Source of the DNA: Myxococcales bacterium
Lineage (GTDB): Bacteria; Myxococcota_A; Polyangia; Palsa-1104
Assembly: GCA_003170275.1 (NCBI GenBank)
Contig: PNAM01000053.1
Span: 1-64,000, forward strand
Length of the DNA: 64,000 nucleotides
Direction of reading: 5' to 3'
Shown: positions 39,320 to 52,341 of the stretch, piece by piece
How the letters are laid out: each line of letters opens with the position of its first letter
How positions within the stretch are numbered: position 1 is the stretch's first letter
The notes under the pieces: model-generated
The model's database searches: none
The model's input: the letters and a program-made list of their open reading frames with translations, nothing else
What the model was told of the DNA's origin: nothing
Position numbers and translations under genes: made by a program

Positions 39320-39669
39320 TGGTGATGGACGATTCCGAGCTGGACGTGCCGATCCGCAATCCGGTCCTGCCGTGGGTCGTCGCCGTGGCGGTCGCGTTGG
39401 GCGCGCTCGTGGTGTGCGTTTTGGAGGCGCAGCGGGTCGAGGCCGAGGGAGCCAAGGCCGTCGCGGCGACCATTGCGACCGCGGAGGCCCGCGCGCGGTT
39501 GAGCGACCTCGACAAGATCAGGCGGACGCTCGAGGTGCGCGTGCAGCAGCTCGAGCGCGAGCGCGAGCTCACCACCGCGATCGCCCAGGCGCCCCAAGCC
39601 GCGTCGTCGCCGCACAAGGCGCCGCTCGCCAAGAAGGCCGCCCGGGGAAGACGACGAAAGAAGGGTTAG
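39319..39669 (+). CDS. Small membrane-anchored coiled-coil protein
   Basis: TGATG coupling; TM, coiled coil, basic tail. Confidence 0.55.
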   Translation: MVMDDSELDVPIRNPVLPWVVAVAVALGALVVCVLEAQRVEAEGAKAVAATIATAEARARLSDLDKIRRTLEVRVQQLERERELTTAIAQAPQAASSPHKAPLAKKAARGRRRKKG

Positions 39670-41069
39670 CTGCGCAGCGCGCGACGCCGGGCGAAGAAGA
39701 CCAGGCACGCGAGGAGGAGGGCGACGCTCGCGCCGGGGCTGGTCGAGCGGGCGCTGCCGAAGGAGCACGCGCAACCGTTGCCGTTGTTTGCGACGCTGCC
39801 GCCGCCGACGCCGCCGACGCTGCCGTAGTCACCACCGCCGTCGCTGCCGTTGCCGTGGGTGGACGCGTCAGGCGGCGTCGCCAGATCCGGTGGGCCCTGG
39901 CCGCCGACCGTGAGGGTCCCGGTGATCGCGTGCAGGACGTTGTCCGCCGTGCTCGCCCCGGTGACCGTGAACGGATAGGCCTGATCGGCGACGGAAGCGG
40001 CGACGGTGAACGTGAGCGTCGACGTGCCGCTGGTCGAGATCGACGCCGGGGAAAACGCGGCGGTGATGCCGCTCGGCAATCCGGCGATCGTGAGCCCGAG
40101 GGTTCCTGGCGGGTCTCCTGGCACCGGCGTCGAGGTGACGGTCGCGGTCGCGCTCTGGCCAGCCGCGCCGAAGACCATCGGCGGCGCGAGCGCGAGTGCG
40201 TAGTCGGTCACCGTCACCGACGGGTCGTGATCGACGCACGCCGCCTGCTTCTTCGACCAGACCAGCTGCACGGTGTAGCCCGCCGCGCTGCCCGGCGTGG
40301 TCTCGTTTTCGCACATGTCGGCGATCTCGTCGCAGCTGTTGTCGTACCAACCGCTGGTGCCGTCGGGATCGGTGATCGCCTCCAGAATCTCGTGCGACGC
40401 GGATCCGGTGGCGGCGACGAACGCATCGCTCGAATTGCCGATCCCGCAGCCCTGCGCGCAGCCGGCCGGGGCCATGTCCGGGATCACCGCGTAGCGGATC
40501 ATCGCGCTGCCGCTCCGTATGTTGCCGTGGAACGCGCAGTAGGCGTTCTGGCTGCTGCTGCTGCACGACGGGTCGCCGGCCTGCGTGATCAAGATCCCCG
40601 GCGCGAAATGGATCACGTAGAGCGTGTTGGCGTCGGGCGGCGGCACGACCCCGTCAGCGACCAGCTTCTCGAGCTCCGGCTGGACGTCGCTCGCGTCATC
40701 GACGGTGGTCTTGGCCGGCGGCGAGGGATCGACGTACACGCCGAGGAAGCTGCCGCGCACCACCGCGTAGCCCGGCTGGTCGTATTCGCGCAGCCAGTCC
40801 ATGTACGGGCTCTGCAGAATGCCGCCGTAGAACGCGGGCAGCTTGCTCGCGTAGCTCGAGGCGGCGCCCCACTGAACCAGGACCACCTTGGTCTCGTGGA
40901 TGAGCGCGCCGCCGTTGTATTCGATCTGCGTGCAGTTGGCCGCCGCGCTGCCGGCGCCAAGGCCCGGGAGGTGCGCGCGATGCCCGCGGACGTGCAGCTT
41001 GGCCGAGGCGGGCCCAGCGCTGACTGCGAGACCGATCGTGAGCACTGCCAAACGCAACCAAGTACGCAC
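39666..41069 (-). CDS. Secreted EXORDIUM/Phi-1-like protein with an Ig-like domain and MYXO-CTERM tail
   Basis: AGGAGG RBS; 'YNGG', 'YCAFH', 'SHEILEAITDP..GWY..EIADMC'; GCAC-TM-RRR end. Confidence 0.75.
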   Translation of the reverse strand: MRTWLRLAVLTIGLAVSAGPASAKLHVRGHRAHLPGLGAGSAAANCTQIEYNGGALIHETKVVLVQWGAASSYASKLPAFYGGILQSPYMDWLREYDQPGYAVVRGSFLGVYVDPSPPAKTTVDDASDVQPELEKLVADGVVPPPDANTLYVIHFAPGILITQAGDPSCSSSSQNAYCAFHGNIRSGSAMIRYAVIPDMAPAGCAQGCGIGNSSDAFVAATGSASHEILEAITDPDGTSGWYDNSCDEIADMCENETTPGSAAGYTVQLVWSKKQAACVDHDPSVTVTDYALALAPPMVFGAAGQSATATVTSTPVPGDPPGTLGLTIAGLPSGITAAFSPASISTSGTSTLTFTVAASVADQAYPFTVTGASTADNVLHAITGTLTVGGQGPPDLATPPDASTHGNGSDGGGDYGSVGGVGGGSVANNGNGCACSFGSARSTSPGASVALLLACLVFFARRRALRS

Positions 41070-41107
41070 GTGCGCCTCCTGTCGCCCCCGTCGGTAGCTG
41101 GCAAGGG

Positions 41108-41123
41108 AGCAACCACCGTGCCG
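41108..41123 (-). promoter_or_regulatory. Sigma54 promoter
   Basis: CGGCACGGTGGTTGCT on the minus strand, about 40 nt upstream of GTG 41069. Confidence 0.75.
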
Positions 41124-41315
41124 AAAGCGCGGCGCGGGGGCGGGCGTGGTCGAACCGCGCAAGGTCTTGCGGCGTCTGGCCGAACCGAGGGTGAACACGA
41201 TCGTGAGCGGCGGGAGGGGGAGGGTCCCAGGGGCACTCCGCCTCGTTGGCCGGGGCGATAGTCCCCAGTCGGGTGATGCACCAACGCCGCCCACGTGAGT
41301 GAGCAGCAGGCGCCG

Positions 41316-42020
41316 TCAGGCGAGCGGCGGGCAGATCGGACCTTGCGGCGACAGCACGGGCTGCGTGCAGCGCGGATCCGGATTCCACGACATGTCCGGC
41401 AGCGGCGGAATCCCGCAGCAGCTGGCGCAACACTTCAGCCCCTGGCCGCACTGATCGCTGTTTGGATCGCACTTCGCGTCTTGCTGCAGGGTGCCGGTCG
41501 CGCAGTGACCCATCTTGCACAGACAGGGCGGAGGCGCGAAGCACGCGATGCCGCACGCGAGCGGCGGCGGCACCGAGTCGGTGCGATTGGAGCAGATCCC
41601 GCAGCAGCCGCTGTCGCGCCACAGGCAGTCGTTGTCGGTCTTGCATGCGCCGCCCGTCGAGCCGCCGTCGTGAAAGCCGCCATCGCTCGAGCCCAGGTCG
41701 GCGCTCTCGCAGGCGCCCAGGTGCGCGACGCCCACGCCGGCGCAGTTGGCCACGCACGCGCTCGCGTAGGTCTTCTTGTCGCTGCCGCACACCGGGCTTC
41801 CCTGAGTCGGGCACGAGCAGCCGCCGCCGTCGCCGAGGGCGCAGAAGCCCGCGTGCACGATCTTCTGGCTGGCGCACTCGGCGTCGCACCCGCTCGCGTA
41901 GGTCACACCGTCGGTGGCGCACACCGGATCGTTCACGTCGGGGCACGAGCACGCATCCGGGTTGGCCGTCGTGCAGGCCGCCAGCGGCGCGAGCAGCAAG
42001 AACAGGCCGAGGGTGCGCAT
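41316..42020 (-). CDS. Lipoprotein with two Kazal-type domains and a Cys-rich tail
   Basis: LAAC lipobox; 'PVCATDGVTYASGC', 'PVCGSDKKTYASAC'. Confidence 0.85.
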   Translation of the reverse strand: MRTLGLFLLLAPLAACTTANPDACSCPDVNDPVCATDGVTYASGCDAECASQKIVHAGFCALGDGGGCSCPTQGSPVCGSDKKTYASACVANCAGVGVAHLGACESADLGSSDGGFHDGGSTGGACKTDNDCLWRDSGCCGICSNRTDSVPPPLACGIACFAPPPCLCKMGHCATGTLQQDAKCDPNSDQCGQGLKCCASCCGIPPLPDMSWNPDPRCTQPVLSPQGPICPPLA

Positions 42021-42137
42021 GACCCACGTGAGAGCAATGGGCGTACCGAAACCCACCTTCAATGATTCTGGTTTGTTGGAAGTCGAGCCCCTCAAGATTC
42101 TGAGGACGCGCGCGGGATCCCGGACAAATTGGGCGGG

Positions 42138-42533
42138 CTACTGCGGCAGCCCGTCCTGAACCCACACCACCAGCTGCCGGCGTTCGTCGTCGGTTGGGAA
42201 CGGGCCGCTGCCGATGGGAAACTGCGACGGCGCCGGATTGCCGCTGCAGCCGGAGAGCGCGGTCGGGCTCACGCCGCACGCGATGTTGTGCGCGTTCTGT
42301 TGGAGGACGCTGTACTGCGTGAAGTCGCGCGTCGAGCTGGCCGACGGGTGGCAGGAAATGCAGTACTTCACGAAGAACGGCTGGGCGAAGCCGGCGTAGG
42401 TCGGCGCCGGCGCGCCGGCCAGGTCGCCAGTGACGGCCAGGTCGCTTGGAGTCGCGAGATCGGACGTGGCGGGCGTTCCGCCACCGCCACACGCGGCCAA
42501 CGCAAGCGCGAGCATGCAGATCAGGTTTCGCAT
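42138..42533 (-). CDS. Mono-heme cytochrome c lipoprotein
   Basis: LAAC lipobox; CISCH; 'PTDDERRQLVVWV'. Confidence 0.75.
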   Translation of the reverse strand: MRNLICMLALALAACGGGGTPATSDLATPSDLAVTGDLAGAPAPTYAGFAQPFFVKYCISCHPSASSTRDFTQYSVLQQNAHNIACGVSPTALSGCSGNPAPSQFPIGSGPFPTDDERRQLVVWVQDGLPQ

Positions 42534-42597
42534 GCCTGCACTCTAGCGCATCCGCGCCATCGCGATCCGCGGGCGCGCGCGATAGGATGCGGCCACC

Positions 42598-45357
<2,760 letters not shown>

Positions 45358-46427
45358 TCAGCCAGGCGAGCACCAGCACCCACGCGGCGGACGGCGCCGG
45401 CGCACGAGCGCCCAGCTGGCAGCTACAACCGGTCGGGCCTCCACCGCCACCGTCGGTTCCAGCCGATAGATCCGCGACGGTGATCGACGCTGCGTCGAGC
45501 GAGCCGTCCAGCGTTGCGCCGCCGTCGTCGGAGATGGGCGACGCGCCGAACGCCATCAGCTCGCCCGCGGTTCCGACGAAACGGTCGAGATCCACCTTTG
45601 GGGTGATCCCCGGAACCGTGCCGGTGAAGCTGTATTGCCAGAACGCGGCGGTGGTCCAGGGCGGCGGGACCGACGCACAGGTGGCGAGGGTGGCGATGTA
45701 CAGCGGGTATTGCGCCAGCTTGGCGTCGGTGAAGCCCACGCCCGAGAACCACGCGGGGTAGCTGTAGACGATCGGCTTCCGTCCGGTCGCCTTCTCGACG
45801 GTGTCGAGCCAGTCGAACGCGCGCTGCGCGATCACGCTCGAGGGCTGCCAACCGGAGTTGCCGGTGTACTCGCAGTTGGCGCTGGCCGACGCTTGAGTAG
45901 AGGAAGTCGGGCATTCCATGTCCAGCATCGGCGGCAGGTCGCCCGGCTGCAGCCCGCCGGCTTGTGCGAGCACCGACAGGAAGTGGTTGGCCTGCGTGAC
46001 CCCATCGATCGTCGCGTCGAAGAAATGGTACGGGCTGCGCAGCACGCCGGCGGCCTTCGAGCCGCTCCAGTTGGCGGGGAACGTCTTGGCAGTGAAGTAG
46101 TCGCCCTGCGTCGCCTTCATGAACGCGAACTTGCGGCCGGAGCTCGCCACCTGCGCCCAGGCGATGGTTCCCTGACCGTCGGAGACGTCGACCCCTTCGA
46201 CCACCGCGCTGGGACAGAGCATGGTGTTGGCCTGCTCGAGCTCGCCGATCGAGTCGTCGGGCGCGCCGCAGCCGGCCAACACGATCAGCACCCATGCGCG
46301 GCGCAGCCCCATCTCCCGTCTATGACACGAGAGCCGAAAAACTTCAGTACGGCGGCGCCTGACGGGGCGCGTCAAAAAATCTCATCTGGTCGTGAAGGTT
46401 CCCGGGTGGACGTGACATACACGCAAC

Positions 46428-47609
46428 ATGAGGTTCGGCCTGCTTGCCTTGGTGCTCGTGATCGGCTGCGGAGGGCAGACGGCGACCAGCTCGCTGTGCG
46501 CGGTGTGCAACAACGACTCCCAGTGCGGCGGCAATCCGTGCTTCACCGACGCCACGGGCGGCCAATTTTGCGGCAGCTCGTGCGACGCCTGCCCGGCTGG
46601 CTTCTCCTGTCATCCTGTCGCGGGGACGTCCGGCACCGCGCAGAGCTGTTTCCCCGACAGCCTCGAGTGCCCGGCGAACTACATGACGCAGCAAGATCTG
46701 GCGATGACCACCACCGGCAACAGCGACATGGCAGGCACTCCGCCTGGCGACCTGTCGCTTCCGCCGTGCACGGCTCCGTCGTCGGCCGGCGTGACCAGCG
46801 CGGGCGGCACCGTCGACCGGCTGTTCTTCGGCATCACCGGCGATACCCGACCGACGGCCTCGGGGGCGAGCTATCCGTCTGCGCTCCAGGCGACCATCAA
46901 CAACATCTTTACGCAGATGGGCCAAAAGGGCGTGCAGTTTGCCGTCGACCAGGGCGACCACCTCGAGGCCTCCAACGGGACCGAGGCGACGACGCAAATG
47001 GGCAACTACCAGACCGCCGCGGGCAAGCTCGGCAAGCCGATCTTCATGACCCTGGGCAACCACGAGTGCTCGAACTCCTACAACCAGGGAACGGATTGCA
47101 GCACCACCTGCTCGAGCGACTTCAAGTGCAGCGCGTTCTTGAGCGCGCTCAAGCCGGCGTCCGCCGTTCCCTACTATCGCTTCGACGTGATGACCGGGAC
47201 GGGGCTGGCGGTGTTCATCGTGGTCGCCGACGATGCCTGGAACGCCACGCAGCAGGCCTGGCTCACCACCCAGCTCACCGACGCCGACGCGCACGCGAAG
47301 TACACCTTCGTCAGCAAGCACCACCCCGAGGGAAACGCCGACCAGACGTTCTTCGCCGACATCGAGGCGCTGGTCAGGAAGCACAAGTACACGCTGTTCT
47401 TGACCGGCCACTCGCACGAGTACAAGCGCGAGCCGGGCGACCCGCGCGCGATCGTCATGGGTCTCGGCGGCGCGCCGTTCGACAACCCGAATCAGCAGTA
47501 CTGGGGCTACGGGACGATCATGCAGTGCCCCGACGATCACATCTACGTCACCGTGTACGACCAGGCCACCGGCAACGTGAAGGACACCTTCAACGTGCCC
47601 CCGCAGTGA
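46428..47609 (+). CDS. Calcineurin-like metallophosphoesterase lipoprotein with a Cys-rich N-terminal domain
   Basis: GDTR, GDH, GNHE, HHP, GHSH. Confidence 0.88.
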   Translation: MRFGLLALVLVIGCGGQTATSSLCAVCNNDSQCGGNPCFTDATGGQFCGSSCDACPAGFSCHPVAGTSGTAQSCFPDSLECPANYMTQQDLAMTTTGNSDMAGTPPGDLSLPPCTAPSSAGVTSAGGTVDRLFFGITGDTRPTASGASYPSALQATINNIFTQMGQKGVQFAVDQGDHLEASNGTEATTQMGNYQTAAGKLGKPIFMTLGNHECSNSYNQGTDCSTTCSSDFKCSAFLSALKPASAVPYYRFDVMTGTGLAVFIVVADDAWNATQQAWLTTQLTDADAHAKYTFVSKHHPEGNADQTFFADIEALVRKHKYTLFLTGHSHEYKREPGDPRAIVMGLGGAPFDNPNQQYWGYGTIMQCPDDHIYVTVYDQATGNVKDTFNVPPQ

Positions 47610-47631
47610 CGCGCTAACAAAAAGGACGATC

Positions 47632-48660
47632 ATGAATCGACTCGGACTGTTCGTGACCCTGATTGGCGGGATCGCATCCGGCTGCGGCACTGCGGCGCAG
47701 GCGCCCTTCAACACCTTCGACTTCGCCGGGGCGCCGGCCAACGATCTCGCCACCTCCAATTCCGCGGAAGACGGCGCCGTGCCGGACGACCAGGGCGGCG
47801 GCGGCGCCGGCTGCACGGTGTACAGCAAGTCGACCATCGCGGCCATGCGACAAGCGGCCACCAGCGGCTGCTTCGAGGTCGACAACGTGGTCAGCATCGC
47901 GGTCTCGCCGGTGACGGCAAACTCGACGTCGATTCGCATCGTCGCGCAGGACCCTGCCGGCGGCGACTACTCGGCGATCCTGGTCAGCTGCTACGACTCG
48001 GCGACCACCAAGCATCCTTGCGCGGCGTTTCCGACGGCAAAGAATACGCTCGCCGGCCGCTCGGTCACCGTCACGGGCTACTACGAAAAGGGAAGCGCGG
48101 CCGCCGGCGGCTACGAATATCTCTCGCTCGACAGCATTACCGACAACGCGGCCGGTACGGCGCCGGCGGCCAAGTCGGTGCTGCTCGCGGACATCGAGCG
48201 CAGCGCGATGAAGCCCGCCTACTGGTTCCAGAAGGTGACGCTGGCCATCGGCACCGCCGACGCGCTCGGCATGTTCGACTTCTCGCCGTCGGAGTTCAAG
48301 TCGACCAGCACCACGGCGACCTGCGGCAGCTTCTATGGCTTCGGCATGAAGCCCAAGTCGGCGACCGGAACGGCCGGCGCCGCGTGCACGGGCACCACAC
48401 AGCCCGCCGGGCAAACCACCATCGACCCGAACGAGGTGCTCTTCGGCACCGACTTCCACGGCGGCTTCACCGCCAACTCCGAGTGCTCGTGCATCTCGAG
48501 CATGACCAGCAAGCCCTACCCGGGCCTCCTGGCCGCCAACAGCACGCTCTCCGGCACAGTCGCGGGGATCCTCTTCTACGACGCGTTCTCGGCGGCCGGC
48601 TACCAGTACCTCTCGCCGCTGACCAACGCCGACGCGCCGATCACCAACCTGTCCAAGTAG
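47632..48660 (+). CDS. Lipoprotein, possibly OB-fold
   Basis: ASGC lipobox; 'GRSVTVTGYYE' OB-like strand. Confidence 0.65.
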   Translation: MNRLGLFVTLIGGIASGCGTAAQAPFNTFDFAGAPANDLATSNSAEDGAVPDDQGGGGAGCTVYSKSTIAAMRQAATSGCFEVDNVVSIAVSPVTANSTSIRIVAQDPAGGDYSAILVSCYDSATTKHPCAAFPTAKNTLAGRSVTVTGYYEKGSAAAGGYEYLSLDSITDNAAGTAPAAKSVLLADIERSAMKPAYWFQKVTLAIGTADALGMFDFSPSEFKSTSTTATCGSFYGFGMKPKSATGTAGAACTGTTQPAGQTTIDPNEVLFGTDFHGGFTANSECSCISSMTSKPYPGLLAANSTLSGTVAGILFYDAFSAAGYQYLSPLTNADAPITNLSK

Positions 48661-48664
48661 TAGG

Positions 48665-50017
48665 TTAGTTGATCGTGCCGACGCAGGCGCCGGCTTCGAA
48701 CATCAGGTACTCGAGGATGCGCTCCTGCGGCGCGAGGTGGGTCGAGTCGATCATCGTGGTCGCCGGCAGGGTGTGATACGAGGTGTAGATGGCGCGGCCG
48801 CACGCTTGGGTGGCGCCGTCGGGCGTGACGTCGAACTTGACCGACTGCGGGTAGACGGCCGGCGCGCCCGGGGTGGTGCCGGTCGGGGTCGAGTAGAGGA
48901 CCGCGTTGGTGGCGTCGACCTCGTCGGTGGTGGTGGCGGGGATCGAGGCGATCGCCGACCAGTGGTTGAGGTAGCCGTCGAGCACCAGCGTGTTCTGCCC
49001 GCTGGCGATCGCGCTGACCGCGACCATCCACGCCAGCATGGTGGTGTCGTTGACCTGGCCCTGATAGGTGGTGGGCGTCGCCGACGAGCCGCCCACGCCG
49101 ACGTTGGCCGCGTCCACCGTAGTGCTGCTGTTCGCGAACACCACGTCGGTGGGGAACGCCTGCGCGAGATAGTCGTAGCTGTTGTCGGTCGCAAACAGCC
49201 GGCCGCCCTTGCCGGTCCACGACTTGAGGTTGGCCGCGATCATCGCCTGGGACGCGGCGGGCAGCGAAGCGAACTTTCCGGGCGCGCAAGCGAGAAACAG
49301 GATGTTGTAGCCGTCGAGCTTGGTCTCGTCGATGAGCAGGGTCTCGATCGCCGGCAGCGTGCCCTTCTGGCCGCACGGTGACTGGACCGCGGTGGTCGAG
49401 GTCTTGCGTCCCTCGAAGCAGTCGAAGCCGGCGGTCTGGTCGAGCCCCATGGCCACCAGCACCGCGTCGAGCTGGTCCTTGTTGCCCGTCGAGACCGCGA
49501 TCTTGGGGATGTCGTCGCCGGTGCCGGCCTTGCCGGGCAGCACGGTGAAGGGCGCGCCGATCGGATTCTCCTGGCACGGGGTGATCTGCACCGTGCCGGT
49601 GCGGCGGAAGCGACCCTTGGCGACGGTGAACGGCACGGAGGCGGTGGGAGCCAGGCCGCTCAGATCGAGGGTGAAGGTGCCGTTGGGCAGGGTGGTGGCG
49701 GTCACCGAGACGCCGTCGACCGGCATGCCGCACAGATCGCAGGCGACGCCGGGCGGAAAGGTGCCGGTCGAGGCGGGCACATAGGCGAACGCGTTGGCGA
49801 TCGGGTCGATCCCGTTGGGCGCCTTGACCGCGCCGGTGATGGTGGTCAGGGCGCCGTTGCACATCGACGAGAAGGTCGGACCACCACCGCCGCCGCCGCC
49901 TCCTCCGCCGCCTCCACCGTCGCTGCCGTTACCGTTGCCGTTTCCGTTTCCGTTGGACCGGCCGCCGTTGCAGCCGGCGAGGGAGGTCGAGATCACCAGG
50001 CAGATCATCCAGCGCAT
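48665..50017 (-). CDS. Myxobacterial-type lipoprotein (carboxypeptidase-regulatory-like plus alpha/beta domain)
   Basis: LAGC lipobox, (GN)n and poly-Gly linker, 'KGRFRR', 'GGRLFATD', 'YTSYH'. Confidence 0.75.
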   Translation of the reverse strand: MRWMICLVISTSLAGCNGGRSNGNGNGNGNGSDGGGGGGGGGGGGGPTFSSMCNGALTTITGAVKAPNGIDPIANAFAYVPASTGTFPPGVACDLCGMPVDGVSVTATTLPNGTFTLDLSGLAPTASVPFTVAKGRFRRTGTVQITPCQENPIGAPFTVLPGKAGTGDDIPKIAVSTGNKDQLDAVLVAMGLDQTAGFDCFEGRKTSTTAVQSPCGQKGTLPAIETLLIDETKLDGYNILFLACAPGKFASLPAASQAMIAANLKSWTGKGGRLFATDNSYDYLAQAFPTDVVFANSSTTVDAANVGVGGSSATPTTYQGQVNDTTMLAWMVAVSAIASGQNTLVLDGYLNHWSAIASIPATTTDEVDATNAVLYSTPTGTTPGAPAVYPQSVKFDVTPDGATQACGRAIYTSYHTLPATTMIDSTHLAPQERILEYLMFEAGACVGTIN

Positions 50018-50048
50018 GTCGATGCATGTCCCGGCGCGCTGAAAACCT

Positions 50049-51194
50049 TCAGCTCTTGCGGCAGTCGGGCTGGGCGCGTCCGGTGCGGGTCAGGACCAGG
50101 TGATAGAGCTGGCCGTCGCGCGCCTTGGAGGCGCCGGCCGCAGCCAAAAGGTAGAACTTCCACATCTTATAGAAGCGGTCGTCGTAGCGGGCGCCGCGCA
50201 GCTCGGGCCATGCCCGGTCGAAGTTCTCCCACCAGGCGAGCAGGGTGTCGTAGTAGTCCGGCCCGAGGTTCTGCAGGTCCTCACACACCAGCAGCCCTTC
50301 GATCGCCTTGCCCAACTGCGCCAGCGACGGCGCGCACGCGTTGGGGAAGATATATTTCTCGATGAACGGGATCCCGTGGATGCGGCTCACGTTGTTGGCG
50401 ATGGTGTGCACCAGCGCGACGCCTTCCGGCTTCAGCGAGCGGTGGATGACCTTCATCATGGTGCGATGGTTCTTGTAGCCGATGTGCTCGGCCATGCCGA
50501 TCGACACCACCGCGTCGTAGGTGCCGCTCACGTTGCGGTAGTCGTCGAGGCGGAACTCGACGTCGAGCCCGCTCCACATCTCCTGCGCGAGCTTGACCTG
50601 CTCCTTCGACACCGAGACGCCGAGCACCGAGACCCCGTACTTCTCGGCGGCGTACCCGGCGAAGCCGCCCCAGCCGCAGCCGAGATCGAGCACCTTCATC
50701 CCCGGCTTCAGGCCGACCTTGCGGCACACCAGATCGAGCTTCTGCTCCTGCGCCTGCTCCAGGCTGGTCGCGCCCTTCCAGTAGCCGCAGGTGTAGACCA
50801 TGCGCTTGTCGAGCATGCGCTGGTACAGATCGTTGCCCAGGTCGTAGTGCGCCTCCGCCACCTGGTAGGCGCGGGCGCGGCTCTGCAGGTTGAACAGCAC
50901 CGCCTTGGCGGGCAGCAGCCACAGCCGCCAATCGCCCTTGATCTTGTTCTTGAGATCGGCGCGCAACACCTTCTCGATGAACACCTCGAGCGCCGGCGTG
51001 TCCCACCAGCCGTCCATGTACGACTCGCCCAGGCCCATCGAGGCCTGCTGCAAGAGGCGCGAGTAGAACAGCGGGTTGTGCACCTGGATGTCCCCGGGCG
51101 CCGACCCCCCGACGGTGATGCCGGCCAGGGAGAACAGCTCGCGGACGGTGCGCTCGGCGGGGCTGGTGTCGATCGATCTCATGGGCGATCTCAT
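50049..51194 (-). CDS. cfa: Cyclopropane-fatty-acyl-phospholipid synthase
   Basis: GLGESYMDGWW, HYDLGNDLY, YTCGYW, VLDLGCGWGG, KYIFP, MWKFYL. Confidence 0.92.
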   Translation of the reverse strand: MRSPMRSIDTSPAERTVRELFSLAGITVGGSAPGDIQVHNPLFYSRLLQQASMGLGESYMDGWWDTPALEVFIEKVLRADLKNKIKGDWRLWLLPAKAVLFNLQSRARAYQVAEAHYDLGNDLYQRMLDKRMVYTCGYWKGATSLEQAQEQKLDLVCRKVGLKPGMKVLDLGCGWGGFAGYAAEKYGVSVLGVSVSKEQVKLAQEMWSGLDVEFRLDDYRNVSGTYDAVVSIGMAEHIGYKNHRTMMKVIHRSLKPEGVALVHTIANNVSRIHGIPFIEKYIFPNACAPSLAQLGKAIEGLLVCEDLQNLGPDYYDTLLAWWENFDRAWPELRGARYDDRFYKMWKFYLLAAAGASKARDGQLYHLVLTRTGRAQPDCRKS

Positions 51195-51276
51195 GAGCGG
51201 GGAGGGTGCCGGTTAGCGGCGGGCCGGTCAAGGGGAAGTGTGGACGTTTGGCGCGCGAGCCGCTAGGCTCTCCCGG

Positions 51277-52341
51277 TTGGACGACTCGCCGGTCAAGTTC
51301 TCCCCTGGTTCCTTTCAAGCCGCGTTGCGGCGGCGCGTCGAGCATCATCTCGCACCGACGGGAGCGGGCGGCTTCGACGATCCGCGCCTGTACGCCAAGG
51401 CGGTGCTGATCCTCGGCTGGTTCGTGGTTTCCTACGTCTTGCTGGTGTTCGTCGCGACCAGTTGGACCGCCGCGCTGCTGCTCTCGCTGTCCCTCGGGTT
51501 CGCCGGCGCCGGGATCGGGTTCAACCTGATGCACGACGGCAGCCACGGCGCCTGCTCGCGCCATCCGTGGATCAACCGGGCGATGGCCCTGTCGCTCGAG
51601 CTGCTCGGCGGCAGCTCGTACATCTGGAAGTGGAAGCACAACGTCGTCCACCACACCTACCCGAACCTGGGCGGCGTCGACGACGATCTCGAGATCGGCC
51701 CGTGGGTGCGGATCGCGCCGCATCAGCCGCAACGGGCGATCCACCGCTACCAGCAGTTCTACATGTGGATGCTCTTCGGGCTGTTGCCCTTCAAGTGGTA
51801 CCTGCTCGACATTCGCAACTACCGGCGCGGCCACGTCGGCCGCCAGCGCTTCCCCAAGGACGACAAGACCGAACGGGCGGTGTTCGTCGCCGGAAAGATC
51901 CTGCTGCCGGTGTGGGCGCTGGTGATTCCGCTCACGCGCCACTCTCCGTTGATCGTCCTCCTGTTCACCTTCACTTCCCTGTTCACGATCGGCTTCGTGC
52001 TCTCGGTGACCTTCCTGCTCGCGCATTGCGTCGAGGACGCCCAGTGCGCGTCGCTCCCCGAGTCGCGGCGCGTGGCGTCCGAGTGGGCGGTGCACCAGGT
52101 CGAGACCGCGGTCGATTTCGCGCCTCGCAACAGTCTCCTCTCGTGGTACCTGGGCGGGCTCAACTTCCAGATCGAGCACCACCTGTTTCCGCACCTCAGC
52201 CACGTGCACTATCCCAAGATCGCGCCCATCGTCCGCGAGGTGTGCAACGAGTTCGGCGTGCGCTACTCGGTGAGCCCGACGTTCGGCTCGGCCATCAGCG
52301 CCCACTTTCGCTGGCTGCGCCTGATGGGCAGGCCGGTTTGA
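51277..52341 (+). CDS. Membrane fatty-acid (acyl-CoA, front-end type) desaturase
   Basis: His boxes HDGSH, HNVVHH, QIEHHLFP; start TTG 51277 inferred from the TAGGCT box. Confidence 0.92.
   Translation: MDDSPVKFSPGSFQAALRRRVEHHLAPTGAGGFDDPRLYAKAVLILGWFVVSYVLLVFVATSWTAALLLSLSLGFAGAGIGFNLMHDGSHGACSRHPWINRAMALSLELLGGSSYIWKWKHNVVHHTYPNLGGVDDDLEIGPWVRIAPHQPQRAIHRYQQFYMWMLFGLLPFKWYLLDIRNYRRGHVGRQRFPKDDKTERAVFVAGKILLPVWALVIPLTRHSPLIVLLFTFTSLFTIGFVLSVTFLLAHCVEDAQCASLPESRRVASEWAVHQVETAVDFAPRNSLLSWYLGGLNFQIEHHLFPHLSHVHYPKIAPIVREVCNEFGVRYSVSPTFGSAISAHFRWLRLMGRPV

Noticed and set aside
49880..49955. GGN/AAC-GGN tandem triplets
   Set aside because: Encodes an ordinary Gly/Asn linker with mixed codons; not a phase-variable tract
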